Origin: Alphaproteobacteria bacterium
Lineage (GTDB): Bacteria; Pseudomonadota; Alphaproteobacteria; RF32; CAG-239
Direction of reading: 5' to 3'
Length of the DNA stretch: 64,000 nt
Assembly: GCA_017935485.1 (NCBI GenBank)
Contig: JAGBHO010000047.1
Location: 2,285-66,284 of the forward strand
In this document: one piece after another, positions 40,361 to 49,580 of the stretch
How the letters are laid out: the number at the start of each line of letters is the position of its first letter
Position numbering within the stretch: position 1 is the stretch's first letter
Translations under genes and position numbers: made by a program
The notes under the pieces: generated by a model
What the model was told of the DNA's origin: nothing
What the model saw: the letters and a program-made list of their open reading frames with translations, nothing else
The model's database searches: none

Positions 40361-41104
40361 ATGAAAATGTATATTATCATCGGATTATTGATTATCGGGG
40401 CAGGGTTGCTTGCTTATGATGTTAAGCACAATTATGTGGACTGGCGGACAGCAGACCGCAGCAGTGCCGGAATAGCGCCTTTGCCAAAAGACGAAAAGCA
40501 GGCAGTCGTGCAGGTTTATACTGCCAGAGTTTATAACTGGCGCAAGTATTTTGCAGTGCATCCGTGGATTGCAACAAAAGACAAAAACGCCGATCATTAT
40601 ACCGTTTATCAGGTTTTGGGGTGGAAGCAATGGCGGACAGGCAATGCCGTTGATGTTTCCGAAGACGTGCCGGACAGAAAATGGTATGGCATGAGCCCGA
40701 CATTGTTACAGGATTTGCGCGGAGAAGAAGCAGAAAAGGCAATTTCCGGAATCAAAAAAGCGGTTGCAAATTATCCTTTTGCCTCTGAATATGTTTTATA
40801 TCCGGGGCCGAACAGCAATACTTTTATTTCTTATATTATCCGTCAGGTGCCGGAATTAACGGTTGAATTGCCGCCGATTGCGATTGGCAAAGATTTTCTG
40901 GGATATAATAAGTTTTTTGCCAAAGCAGAGAGCAAAAAAGGGTATCAATTTTCATTGTTCGGCCTTTTCGGTCTGACGGTTGGCAAAGGCGAGGGACTGG
41001 AGATTGATATTTTGGGGCTGGTTTTTGGTATAGATTTTCTGCGCCCGGCTATCAAACTGCCGTTTATCGGCCGTTTGGGTATGTCTGACGCGCCGGTGGA
41101 TTAA
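40361..41104 (+). CDS. Hypothetical N-terminally membrane-anchored protein (possibly DUF3750-like)
   Basis: Start MKMYIIIGLL with AAGAGGG SD; one TM then a soluble domain. Confidence 0.4.
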   Translation: MKMYIIIGLLIIGAGLLAYDVKHNYVDWRTADRSSAGIAPLPKDEKQAVVQVYTARVYNWRKYFAVHPWIATKDKNADHYTVYQVLGWKQWRTGNAVDVSEDVPDRKWYGMSPTLLQDLRGEEAEKAISGIKKAVANYPFASEYVLYPGPNSNTFISYIIRQVPELTVELPPIAIGKDFLGYNKFFAKAESKKGYQFSLFGLFGLTVGKGEGLEIDILGLVFGIDFLRPAIKLPFIGRLGMSDAPVD

Positions 41105-41121
41105 TGAGTTGGAATTTGTGT

Positions 41122-41775
41122 ATGGCTGATTTTATTGTTATTGATAAGAGAGAATGGAAGCGGCGGGAGTATTTTGAGCATTATTACCGGCAGGTTCCCT
41201 GCCGCTTCAGCCTGACGGTTGAACTGGATGTTACCCGACTGGTGCAAAGCGTGAAAAAGCAGGGGCTGATGTTTTTTCCGGTTTTTATTCATTTGCTGGC
41301 TTTGGTCGTTAATCGCCATCAGGAATTCCGGACAGGGTTTAATTCGTCCGGAGAACTTGGCTATTGGCGGCAAGTCTGGCCGGAGTATACGGTTTTTCAT
41401 CCTCAAACCCAGAGCTTTTCTACGTTATGGACACCGTTCTCCGAGAATTTTGATGAGTTTTATCTTAATTATGTTCGGGATTGGGAAAAATATGGTGAAA
41501 TTGAGGGCTTTGCTCCCAAGCCGGAGAGGCCGGAAAATGTTTTTAACATTTCCTGTCTGCCTTGGGTGAATTTTACGTCTTTCAACCTTGATTTGCCGCG
41601 TTCCGATAATTATCTGCTGCCGATTTTTACGCTGGGGAAATTTGTTGAAAAGAACGGCGGAATTTTTGCGCCGCTGGCTTTGCAGCTGCATCATGCGGTT
41701 TGCGATGGTTTTCATGCCGCCTTGCTGATTGACGGGTTGCAGGAGTTGTGTAACGGTTTTGGGAGAGAAAAATGA
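41122..41775 (+). CDS. catA: Chloramphenicol O-acetyltransferase, type A (CAT)
   Basis: Block similarity to CATIII along the whole length; active-site His motif HHAVCDGFHAA; start at MADFIVIDKREW. Confidence 0.85.
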   Translation: MADFIVIDKREWKRREYFEHYYRQVPCRFSLTVELDVTRLVQSVKKQGLMFFPVFIHLLALVVNRHQEFRTGFNSSGELGYWRQVWPEYTVFHPQTQSFSTLWTPFSENFDEFYLNYVRDWEKYGEIEGFAPKPERPENVFNISCLPWVNFTSFNLDLPRSDNYLLPIFTLGKFVEKNGGIFAPLALQLHHAVCDGFHAALLIDGLQELCNGFGREK

Positions 41776-41800
41776 ACGGTAATGTCGGAGAGGGCGGTAA

Positions 41801-42319
41801 ATGAACGTCAGGCAGGAAACAGCGCAAGATTTTGATGAGATTTATCATTTGGTCAGAACGGCTTTTGAAACGGCGGAAGTCAGTGACGGCAGGGAGCAGG
41901 ATTTTGTTTCTTCTTTACGGTATTCGGAAAATTATATTCCGGAACTGGCTTTAGTGGCGGAAGAGGGGAGAAAGATAATCGGCCACATTATGCTGACACG
42001 GCAACGGATTGTTTTAAACGAAAAAAGTATAAATGCGCTGTTGTTGGCGCCGGTGTGCGTGGATATTGCTTTTCGGAGAAAAAAGCTGGGATCACGGTTG
42101 ATAGATACGGCCTTGGAAAAAGCGGAAAAATTTGGGTTTGATGCGGTTTTTCTGGTAGGGAATCCGGATTTTTACAATCGTTTCGGTTTTGAGGAAACTG
42201 TTGCAAAAAATGTTAAGAATCTCAATGGTCTGCCGGACAGATATGTATTGGTTAAAGAACTGAAAAAAGGCTGCCTTGACGGGTGCTCAGGTACAATAGA
42301 CTTTGATTATGAATTTTAA
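41801..42319 (+). CDS. GNAT-family N-acetyltransferase
   Basis: 172 aa; acetyl-CoA binding motif A-like RRKKLGSRLI. Confidence 0.65.
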   Translation: MNVRQETAQDFDEIYHLVRTAFETAEVSDGREQDFVSSLRYSENYIPELALVAEEGRKIIGHIMLTRQRIVLNEKSINALLLAPVCVDIAFRRKKLGSRLIDTALEKAEKFGFDAVFLVGNPDFYNRFGFEETVAKNVKNLNGLPDRYVLVKELKKGCLDGCSGTIDFDYEF

Positions 42320-42582
42320 CGCAGCTGGCTGTCTTTGCTGCCGCGGCGATTGTACAAGCTGACGGCTTTTTGTTCTTTGTCTGCTTCTTCCTGACAATGA
42401 ATGCATAAGCGGACACCGGGCAGAGCCTGTCGACGGGCAGGCGGTATTTCTTCTCCGCATTCTTCACAAAATTCCAAGCTTTCTCCGCAAGGAACATTTT
42501 TGCGTGCACGCAAAACCTCGTCGTTAATCGAATCCTGAATTTGTTCCTGTACGGCGTCGTCGTCTGTCCAGCCGTTTGCCAT
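42316..42582 (-). CDS. DksA/TraR-family C4 zinc-finger protein
   Basis: 88 aa; CGESLEFCEECGEEIPPARRQALPGVRLCIHC four-Cys finger. Confidence 0.6.
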   Translation of the reverse strand: MANGWTDDDAVQEQIQDSINDEVLRARKNVPCGESLEFCEECGEEIPPARRQALPGVRLCIHCQEEADKEQKAVSLYNRRGSKDSQLR

Positions 42583-42713
42583 TTTATTTCTCCTTTACTT
42601 TTACTTAATTATATAATCATTTTGTTTTTTCTGCAAATATATAATGTTTACATAATATGTTATGATTTTGTTCTGCCAAAGCCGGCAGAATGTTTTTATG
42701 GACAGGAGTGAAA

Positions 42714-43322
42714 ATGATTTATGGATATATTCGCGTAAGCAGCGACAAACAGACGACGGAGAATCAGCGTTTTGAAATTGAGCGTTTTGCAGAAGGCAAT
42801 GGAATTGTGATTGAAAAATGGATAAATGAGACCATCAGTGCAACTAAAGATTTGGAAAAGCGAAAACTCGGCAGGCTTCTTAATGTGCTGAGAACGGGGG
42901 ATATTTTGATTTCTTCCGAGTTATCAAGGTTGGGGCGGAATTTGTTGCAGGTTATGAGTATTTTGCATTTTTGCATGAAGAAAGATATTCAGGTTTGGAC
43001 GATTAAGGACAATTATCGTCTGGGGGCGGATATTCAATCCAAGGTTTTGGCTTTTGCATTCGGATTGTCGGCCGAAATTGAGCGGAATCTGATTTCTCAG
43101 CGTACAAAAGAAGCTTTGGCCCGTTTGAAAGCCGAAGGAAAACGGCTGGGGCGTCCGAAAGGCAGCGGCAACAAGTCTGCCAAATTAAGCGGCAAAGAAG
43201 AAAAAATTGCCGAGATGCTCAGGGAAAATATGTCAAAAAAGAAAATTGCGCAATATTTTTGCGTCAGTCGGCGTACCTTGTATAATTTTATGAAAAAACA
43301 ATTGATAAGCGGGAATAAATAA
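42714..43322 (+). CDS. Serine recombinase (resolvase / DNA invertase family) with C-terminal HTH
   Basis: Start MIYGYIRVSS (catalytic Ser in YIRVSSDKQ); resolvase catalytic domain followed by an HTH. Confidence 0.8.
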   Translation: MIYGYIRVSSDKQTTENQRFEIERFAEGNGIVIEKWINETISATKDLEKRKLGRLLNVLRTGDILISSELSRLGRNLLQVMSILHFCMKKDIQVWTIKDNYRLGADIQSKVLAFAFGLSAEIERNLISQRTKEALARLKAEGKRLGRPKGSGNKSAKLSGKEEKIAEMLRENMSKKKIAQYFCVSRRTLYNFMKKQLISGNK

Positions 43323-43497
43323 CGGACATATAATTTTCTCATATGGCGCTATCTTAAATAATAAAAAAAATTATTCAAGCACTATTTATATAAAAGTGAC
43401 AGTTTTATTGGATAAATTTTAACTGCCTGTCTCCATATGTTTTATTTTTGCCCAAAATAACTTTCGTGATTTTTTATGAGAAAATTATATGTCCGTT
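43322..43497. promoter_or_regulatory. Candidate invertible promoter: 130-bp segment between perfect 23-bp inverted repeats, carrying TTGAAT-16-TAAGAT on the minus strand
   Basis: IR-L 43322-43344 AACGGACATATAATTTTCTCATA; IR-R 43475-43497 is its exact reverse complement; -35 at 43374-43379 and -10 at 43352-43357 (minus strand). Confidence 0.55.
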
Positions 43498-43749
43498 TTC
43501 AGGGCATTAAAGATGCGTAATTGGAGAGTGTTTGGAGTTTTGCTGACATGGCGATTACAGGCAGTAGAGCGAGTGTTTGTCTGATGTCGTCAGGAGTATC
43601 AGGTACGGATGATTATCGGGGTGTTCCGGCTATGTTCAGGAAATATATATTTCTAAAATCCGGAAGGTACCGTTTTATATCTATTTTATTTGCCGGTATT
43701 TGTCACCATCCCGATAACTCTTATGTTCTCCGCCGGGCAGGAGTTTTTT

Positions 43750-44613
43750 ATGGTTAAAATTTCGGTATTGATGCCGGTTTACAATACAGATGAAAAATTT
43801 TTACGGCAGGCAATAGAAAGTATTTTGGAGCAAACGTATCAGGATTTTGAATTTCTGATTATTAATGACTGTTCTTCCGATGCCCGTGTTGAGAAGGTGG
43901 TTTTATCTTATAAAGACAAGCGGATTAAATATTCGGTCAATTCTCAAAATCTGGGGATTTCCGGAACGCGGAACAAATTGATAAGTCTGGCCAAAGGTGA
44001 ATATTTGGCTGTGATGGATCATGATGATGTTTCTTTGCCGGAACGTCTGGAGAAAGAAGCCGCTTTTCTTGATGCTCATCCGGAAGTCGGCGTTGTCGGA
44101 TGTGCCGTCCGTTATCTGGGGACGCCAAAGGTCAGAAAACTGCCCGAAGATGATGGCAGTGTCAGAGAAGCTCTTGTCTTTTTCAGCCCGTTTTGTCATC
44201 CGGCCACGATGATCCGCAAATCCGTTTTACAGAATTGCGGTGTTGCTTATGAAGCCGAATTCAGTCCGGCTGAGGATTATGCCTTATGGAGTCGCCTGAT
44301 GTCGGTGACGAAATTTGCCAATTTGCCGGATGTCCTTTTTGAATATCGGGATTATTGCGGCAATACAACACATTCTCAAAAAGAAAAAATGCAATCGGCA
44401 GCCAGTCGTGTTCAGCAGAGCATTCGTCAGGCTTATCCGGCTCTTTGGGCAAAGGCAAAAGAGAATGCCGATTGGGTAAAAAGGATTAAGCTGTTTGGTT
44501 TTTTACCTTTTTTGACAATCAGAAAGCGGTGCAATTTTCACGAGGCGAAGTTGTTTGGCATTTTGCCGCTGTGGTCTGAGAGAATAAAATATTCAGCAGG
44601 AGGAGAAAAGTAG
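43750..44613 (+). CDS. Family-2 glycosyltransferase
   Basis: Start MVKISVLMPVYN; DxD motif DHDD. Confidence 0.75.
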   Translation: MVKISVLMPVYNTDEKFLRQAIESILEQTYQDFEFLIINDCSSDARVEKVVLSYKDKRIKYSVNSQNLGISGTRNKLISLAKGEYLAVMDHDDVSLPERLEKEAAFLDAHPEVGVVGCAVRYLGTPKVRKLPEDDGSVREALVFFSPFCHPATMIRKSVLQNCGVAYEAEFSPAEDYALWSRLMSVTKFANLPDVLFEYRDYCGNTTHSQKEKMQSAASRVQQSIRQAYPALWAKAKENADWVKRIKLFGFLPFLTIRKRCNFHEAKLFGILPLWSERIKYSAGGEK

Positions 44614-44614
44614 C

Positions 44615-45499
44615 ATGAAGGGCATTATTCTTGCCGGCGGCAGCGGAAGCCGATTGTATCCGCTGACGCAAACCATTTCAAAACAACTGCTGCCGGTTTA
44701 TGACAAGCCGATGATTTATTATCCGTTGTCAACCTTATTGTTGTTCGGTATCAGGGAAATTCTGATTATTTCAACGCCCAAAGATACACCGAATATTCAG
44801 GCTTTATTTAAGGACGGTTCCCATTTGGGGCTGCAAATTCATTATGCCATTCAGAATGAGCCGAAAGGAATTGCCCAGGCTTTTACCATCGGTGCCGATT
44901 TTATCGGAGATGACGATGTTTGTCTTATTTTAGGAGACAATATTTTTTATATGGGCGGGCAGATTGATACTTTTCGCACAGAAGTTTTGCGCAATCCGGG
45001 AGCGACGGTTTTCGGGTATCATGTTTCTGATCCCGAGCGTTTTGGCGTGGTGGAATTTGATAAAGACTTTAAAGCCGTTTCTATCGAAGAAAAGCCGGTG
45101 AAGCCGAAATCTAATTATGCCGTGGTCGGATTGTATTTTTATAAATCGGATGTTGTGGAAAAAGCCAGAAACCTGCAGCCTTCGGCGCGCGGCGAATTGG
45201 AAATTACCGATTTGAACAAGCTTTATCTGGAAGAGGGGAGGATGAATGTGGTGCCGATGCGGCGCGGCAACGCCTGGCTTGATGCCGGTACGCCCGACAG
45301 CCTGATGGAGTCTTCCCAGTTTGTACAGATTATCGAGCAACGGCAGGGGCTTAAAATTGCCTGTATTGAGGAAATTGCCTATCGGCGCGGTTTTATTAAT
45401 GACGAACAGATGGCGGCTTTGATTGCCTCGCTTAAAAACGGCTGTGCTTATAAGAAGTATCTGCAGAAGATTTATGAGGAGTATCATGGAATTTATTAA
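44615..45499 (+). CDS. rmlA: Glucose-1-phosphate thymidylyltransferase
   Basis: 294 aa; GGSGSRLYPLT signature. Confidence 0.9.
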   Translation: MKGIILAGGSGSRLYPLTQTISKQLLPVYDKPMIYYPLSTLLLFGIREILIISTPKDTPNIQALFKDGSHLGLQIHYAIQNEPKGIAQAFTIGADFIGDDDVCLILGDNIFYMGGQIDTFRTEVLRNPGATVFGYHVSDPERFGVVEFDKDFKAVSIEEKPVKPKSNYAVVGLYFYKSDVVEKARNLQPSARGELEITDLNKLYLEEGRMNVVPMRRGNAWLDAGTPDSLMESSQFVQIIEQRQGLKIACIEEIAYRRGFINDEQMAALIASLKNGCAYKKYLQKIYEEYHGIY

Positions 45500-46034
45500 G
45501 ACGGAAATTGACGGTGTTTATATTTTGGAACCGCGGGTTTTTGAAGATGCCAGAGGGTATTTCTTTGAGATTTACAATCAAAATGAATTTGCCGCGCATG
45601 GCCTGGATTATGACTTTGTGCAGGATAATCAGTCGAGGTCTTCTTACGGCACTGTCCGCGGACTGCATTTTCAAAAAGGGGCGTTTGCGCAAGCCAAGCT
45701 GGTGCGCGTGATTGAGGGGACAGTGCTGGATGTCGGTGTTGATTTGCGTTCCGGTTCCAAGACTTTCGGAAAATATGTTGCGGTCGAATTGTCAGGCGAA
45801 AACAAGCGCCAACTCTTGCTGCCGCGCGGTTTTGCCCATGGTTTTTCCGTATTGAGCGAAACTGCGGTGTTTTCTTATAAATGCGATAATTTTTACAATC
45901 CGGCGAGCGAAGGCGGTATTCGTTTTGATGATCCGGATCTGAATATTGATTGGAAAGTTAACCTTAAAGATGCAGTGCTGTCGGATAAGGATTTGAAAAT
46001 GCCGTTTTTTAAGGAGTGTGAGCCTTGTTTTTAG
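45486..46034 (+). CDS. rmlC: dTDP-4-dehydrorhamnose 3,5-epimerase
   Basis: Start MEFIKTEIDGVYILEP; cupin fold motifs (RGLHFQ). Confidence 0.85.
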   Translation: MEFIKTEIDGVYILEPRVFEDARGYFFEIYNQNEFAAHGLDYDFVQDNQSRSSYGTVRGLHFQKGAFAQAKLVRVIEGTVLDVGVDLRSGSKTFGKYVAVELSGENKRQLLLPRGFAHGFSVLSETAVFSYKCDNFYNPASEGGIRFDDPDLNIDWKVNLKDAVLSDKDLKMPFFKECEPCF

Positions 46035-46849
46035 TAACGGGAGCGAACGGGCAGCTGGGGCAGGAACTGCGGCTTATTCTCGGGGATAAGGCCGTGTATG
46101 TCGATTATGCCGATTTGGATATTACGGATGCGGCGGCGGTCAGGGAGTTTTGCCGGACGCGGGAATTTGAGGCGATTATCAATTGTGCGGCTTATACGGC
46201 AGTGGACAAGGCGGAAAGCGAGCCGGAAAAAGCGCAGAACGTGAATGTGAACGGGCCGAAGAATTTGGCAGAAACCGGTATTCCTCTGATTCATGTTTCA
46301 ACGGATTATGTTTTTGACGGTCAGAGTTGCCGTCCTTATAAAGAAAATGATTTGCCGGCACCGCATTCGGTTTACGGACGGACCAAGCTTGCCGGAGAAC
46401 AGGCTGTTTTGGAGAGAGCTTCGGCAACGTTTGTTTTTCGGACTTCCTGGCTGTATTCGCCGTTTGGCAACAATTTTGTGAAGACGATGCTACGGCTGGG
46501 TGCTGAAAGGGACGTACTTAAGGTGGTGTTTGACCAGATCGGGACGCCGACTTATGCCGCTCATCTGGCGCAGGCGGTAGTTGCTGCTTTGCCGTATTTG
46601 AAAAAAGGGAGCAGGGAGGTTTATCACTTTAGCAATGAGGGTGTTTGTTCCTGGTATGATTTTGCCGTGGAGATTATGGCGCAGGGCGGACGGAATTGCA
46701 AGGTTTTGCCGATTGAAAGCAAGGATTATCCGACAGCGGCGGAGCGTCCGGCCTTTTCGGTGCTGAACAAAGAAAAGTTTAAAACAAGTTTTGGGATGGA
46801 AATTCCCCATTGGAAGAAAGGGCTGGAAGAATGTCTGAAGCGATTTTAG
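46025..46849 (+). CDS. rmlD: dTDP-4-dehydrorhamnose reductase
   Basis: 274 aa; GANGQLG Rossmann motif. Confidence 0.85.
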   Translation: MFLVTGANGQLGQELRLILGDKAVYVDYADLDITDAAAVREFCRTREFEAIINCAAYTAVDKAESEPEKAQNVNVNGPKNLAETGIPLIHVSTDYVFDGQSCRPYKENDLPAPHSVYGRTKLAGEQAVLERASATFVFRTSWLYSPFGNNFVKTMLRLGAERDVLKVVFDQIGTPTYAAHLAQAVVAALPYLKKGSREVYHFSNEGVCSWYDFAVEIMAQGGRNCKVLPIESKDYPTAAERPAFSVLNKEKFKTSFGMEIPHWKKGLEECLKRF

Positions 46850-47838
46850 TTACCGGCGGCGCCGGATTTATCGGTTCTAATTTTGTGCCGTATTTTGTAA
46901 ATAAATATCCGGAATATCAGGTGATTAATCTGGATAAACTGACTTATGCCGGTAATTTGGACAATCTGGCAGAATGTGCAGGTAAGGCAAATTACCGTTT
47001 TGTGCAAGGAGATATTTGTGATGCGGCGTTTGTTGAAAAGCTGTTTGCGGATTACGACATTCGCGGGGTAGTTCATTTTGCGGCGGAAAGCCATGTTGAC
47101 AATTCGATTTCCGGCCCGCGCCCCTTTGTTGAAACAAATATTGTCGGGACGTTCAACTTGCTTGAAACCGCCCGGAAGCATTGGATGGACGCGCCGGCGA
47201 AATGCAAGCCCGGTTATGAAAAATGCCGTTTTCATCATATCTCGACCGATGAGGTTTACGGCTCGCTGGGTGAAGACGGATTTTTCAAAGAGACAACGCC
47301 GTATGCGCCGAATTCACCTTATTCGGCTTCCAAAGCAAGTTCTGATTTTCTGGTGCGGGCGTATTTTCATACTTTCGGTATGAACGTGACGACTTCTAAC
47401 TGTTCAAATAATTACGGTCCGAAGCAGCATCCGGAAAAGCTGATCCCCAAGATTATCAGCAATTGCCTGAACGAAAAGCCGATACCAGTTTACGGCGACG
47501 GCAAGAATATCCGCGACTGGCTGTATGTGCTTGACCACTGCAAAGCGATTGATTTGATTTATCATCGGGGCAGAGCCGGTGAGACCTATAACGTGGGCGG
47601 GCATAACGAGAAGACCAATCTGGAAATCGTTTCGGAAATCTGCCGGATTATGGATAAAAAGAAACCGCGTGCCGGCGGCAAGAAATATGCCGATTTGGTT
47701 ACTTTTGTAGCTGATCGCGCCGGACATGACAGGCGCTATGCCATTGATGCCGACAAACTGACAAACGAACTGGGCTGGAAAGCCGATGAGAATTTTGCTT
47801 CCGGCATTATCAAAACCGTGGAGTGGTATGTGAAATGA
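46831..47838 (+). CDS. rmlB: dTDP-glucose 4,6-dehydratase
   Basis: Start MSEAILVTGGAGFIGSNF; YxxxK (YSASKASSD) catalytic motif. Confidence 0.9.
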   Translation: MSEAILVTGGAGFIGSNFVPYFVNKYPEYQVINLDKLTYAGNLDNLAECAGKANYRFVQGDICDAAFVEKLFADYDIRGVVHFAAESHVDNSISGPRPFVETNIVGTFNLLETARKHWMDAPAKCKPGYEKCRFHHISTDEVYGSLGEDGFFKETTPYAPNSPYSASKASSDFLVRAYFHTFGMNVTTSNCSNNYGPKQHPEKLIPKIISNCLNEKPIPVYGDGKNIRDWLYVLDHCKAIDLIYHRGRAGETYNVGGHNEKTNLEIVSEICRIMDKKKPRAGGKKYADLVTFVADRAGHDRRYAIDADKLTNELGWKADENFASGIIKTVEWYVK

Positions 47839-49580
47839 AGCCAATACTTGTTCATGCTCATGTTTTTTATTCCGAATTATGGCCGGAGCTTAAATCTTGC
47901 ATCCAAAATCTGGCCGATTATCCGTTTGAGCTTTTTGTAACAATGGTTGTTGATAATAATGAGCTTAAGGCTGATGTAGTGTCGGCTTTTCCCAAAGCTC
48001 ATATTGAGGTTGTTGAAAACCGGGGTTTTGATGTGGGGCCGTTTGTTCATGTATTAAGCCAAGTCGATTTGGATGATTATAGTTATGTTGTGAAGCTGCA
48101 TACCAAACGGGATATGTTTTTGGGCGCTCATTTGAAATATTTTGATATGTCTGGAGCAAAATGGCGTCTTTATGCGTTGGCTATTTTAAAGTCTGAAAAG
48201 GTTGTAAAAAATATAATAAGCGCTTTTGAAAAAGATAAAAAGCTGGGGATGGTGGCGGATTATCATCTGATTGTCAATAAAGAACAAGATGATATTCAGG
48301 CTCAACAGGAAGCAATAAAAATCTTAAAACAACTTGGGTATGAGAATATATCTTATGGTTATGTTGCCGGTACAATGTTTTGGTGCAGAGCATTTCTTCT
48401 CAGCCCCTTAAAAAGGCTGGGTTTTGATCTCTCTGATTTTGAAGAGTCTTCCGCTCATTGTAAAATTTCTACAAAGGCTCATGTGCTGGAACGTTTGTTG
48501 GGATGTCTGGTCTTTGCTCAATCTCAAAAAATTGCAGATTCTATCACTTTTATACAGTTTTCTGGAAAAATCTGTGAAACAGGCCGGAAAATGAAGAGGT
48601 TTTTCTTTCAAAGGAAAATGGATTGTACAGGAAAAATAAAAGTTAAAATATGTGGAATCGGTTTCTCTATAGAGAAATGTAGAGATAGAATATGTAATAA
48701 GGGAAGTAAAATGATAGTTAGTAATATTCTTTCTGTTGATGAGGTTTCTTTGTCGAATAATAAAAGACTTAGATGTTTAGTTTCTAGCCTTCGTCATCCG
48801 TTTAATAAGCAAAAACGTAGAAAATTGAGGGAAGAGCTAATTGAAAAGTATAAAGTAAGAAAATCTTCTTTTAAAAAGGATCCTAATTTCAATGTAAAAG
48901 ATATTCCTATATATTTGATATCTTATAATAGGCTAGGATATTTACAGCAAATGATAACCAAGCTAGAGATGTATGGTCTTACAAATATTCATATTATTGA
49001 TAATCATTCTGATTATGAGCCTTTGTTGGCATATTTAAATGTATTGCCTTATCATGTTTATTTCATGGATAAAAATTATGGACACAGGGTATTTTGGGAG
49101 TCAGGTTTATTTGATGATATCATTCAACACTCTTTATATATAGTATCAGATCCAGATATTGAGTTTAATGCAGATTTGCCTGATGGTTTTTTGTCAGAAT
49201 TATACCGTCTGTTAGGGGAGTATAAGTGTGTAACTAAAGTTGGTTTTGCATTAAAAATAGATGATTTGCCTCAGAATAAGGTTAATGAGACGGTTATTGC
49301 TTGGGAAAGTCGTTTTTGGAAAAACAGACTGAAAGATCGCCTTGATATTTATCATGCAGATATAGATACGACTTTTGCATTGTATCGTCCTGGAAAATTA
49401 GATGAAAGATTTTTTTACTCAGCAATTCGTGTGGCAGGGAATTTTACTGCTAAGCATTTGCCCTGGTATCAAAATGGAAATAATGCTGATGATATTAAAC
49501 ATTATAATCGGACATCTGATTCAAGATTTGCTTCTTGGACAAAAGATATTCAACGTTATAATAATATAATGGAGGGATGA
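47835..49580 (+). CDS. Rhamnan-synthesis protein F (RgpF)-like rhamnosyltransferase fused to a C-terminal glycosyltransferase-like domain
   Basis: About 580 aa; N-terminal RgpF-like block; GC content drops sharply from about 48600 onward, suggesting domain fusion or acquisition. Confidence 0.6.
   Translation: MKPILVHAHVFYSELWPELKSCIQNLADYPFELFVTMVVDNNELKADVVSAFPKAHIEVVENRGFDVGPFVHVLSQVDLDDYSYVVKLHTKRDMFLGAHLKYFDMSGAKWRLYALAILKSEKVVKNIISAFEKDKKLGMVADYHLIVNKEQDDIQAQQEAIKILKQLGYENISYGYVAGTMFWCRAFLLSPLKRLGFDLSDFEESSAHCKISTKAHVLERLLGCLVFAQSQKIADSITFIQFSGKICETGRKMKRFFFQRKMDCTGKIKVKICGIGFSIEKCRDRICNKGSKMIVSNILSVDEVSLSNNKRLRCLVSSLRHPFNKQKRRKLREELIEKYKVRKSSFKKDPNFNVKDIPIYLISYNRLGYLQQMITKLEMYGLTNIHIIDNHSDYEPLLAYLNVLPYHVYFMDKNYGHRVFWESGLFDDIIQHSLYIVSDPDIEFNADLPDGFLSELYRLLGEYKCVTKVGFALKIDDLPQNKVNETVIAWESRFWKNRLKDRLDIYHADIDTTFALYRPGKLDERFFYSAIRVAGNFTAKHLPWYQNGNNADDIKHYNRTSDSRFASWTKDIQRYNNIMEG

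Noticed and set aside
43521-43757. 78-aa ORF between the inverton and the first GT2 gene
   Set aside because: Overlaps the GT2 start in another frame and lies in the operon leader (which contains the ops-like motif); likely non-coding.
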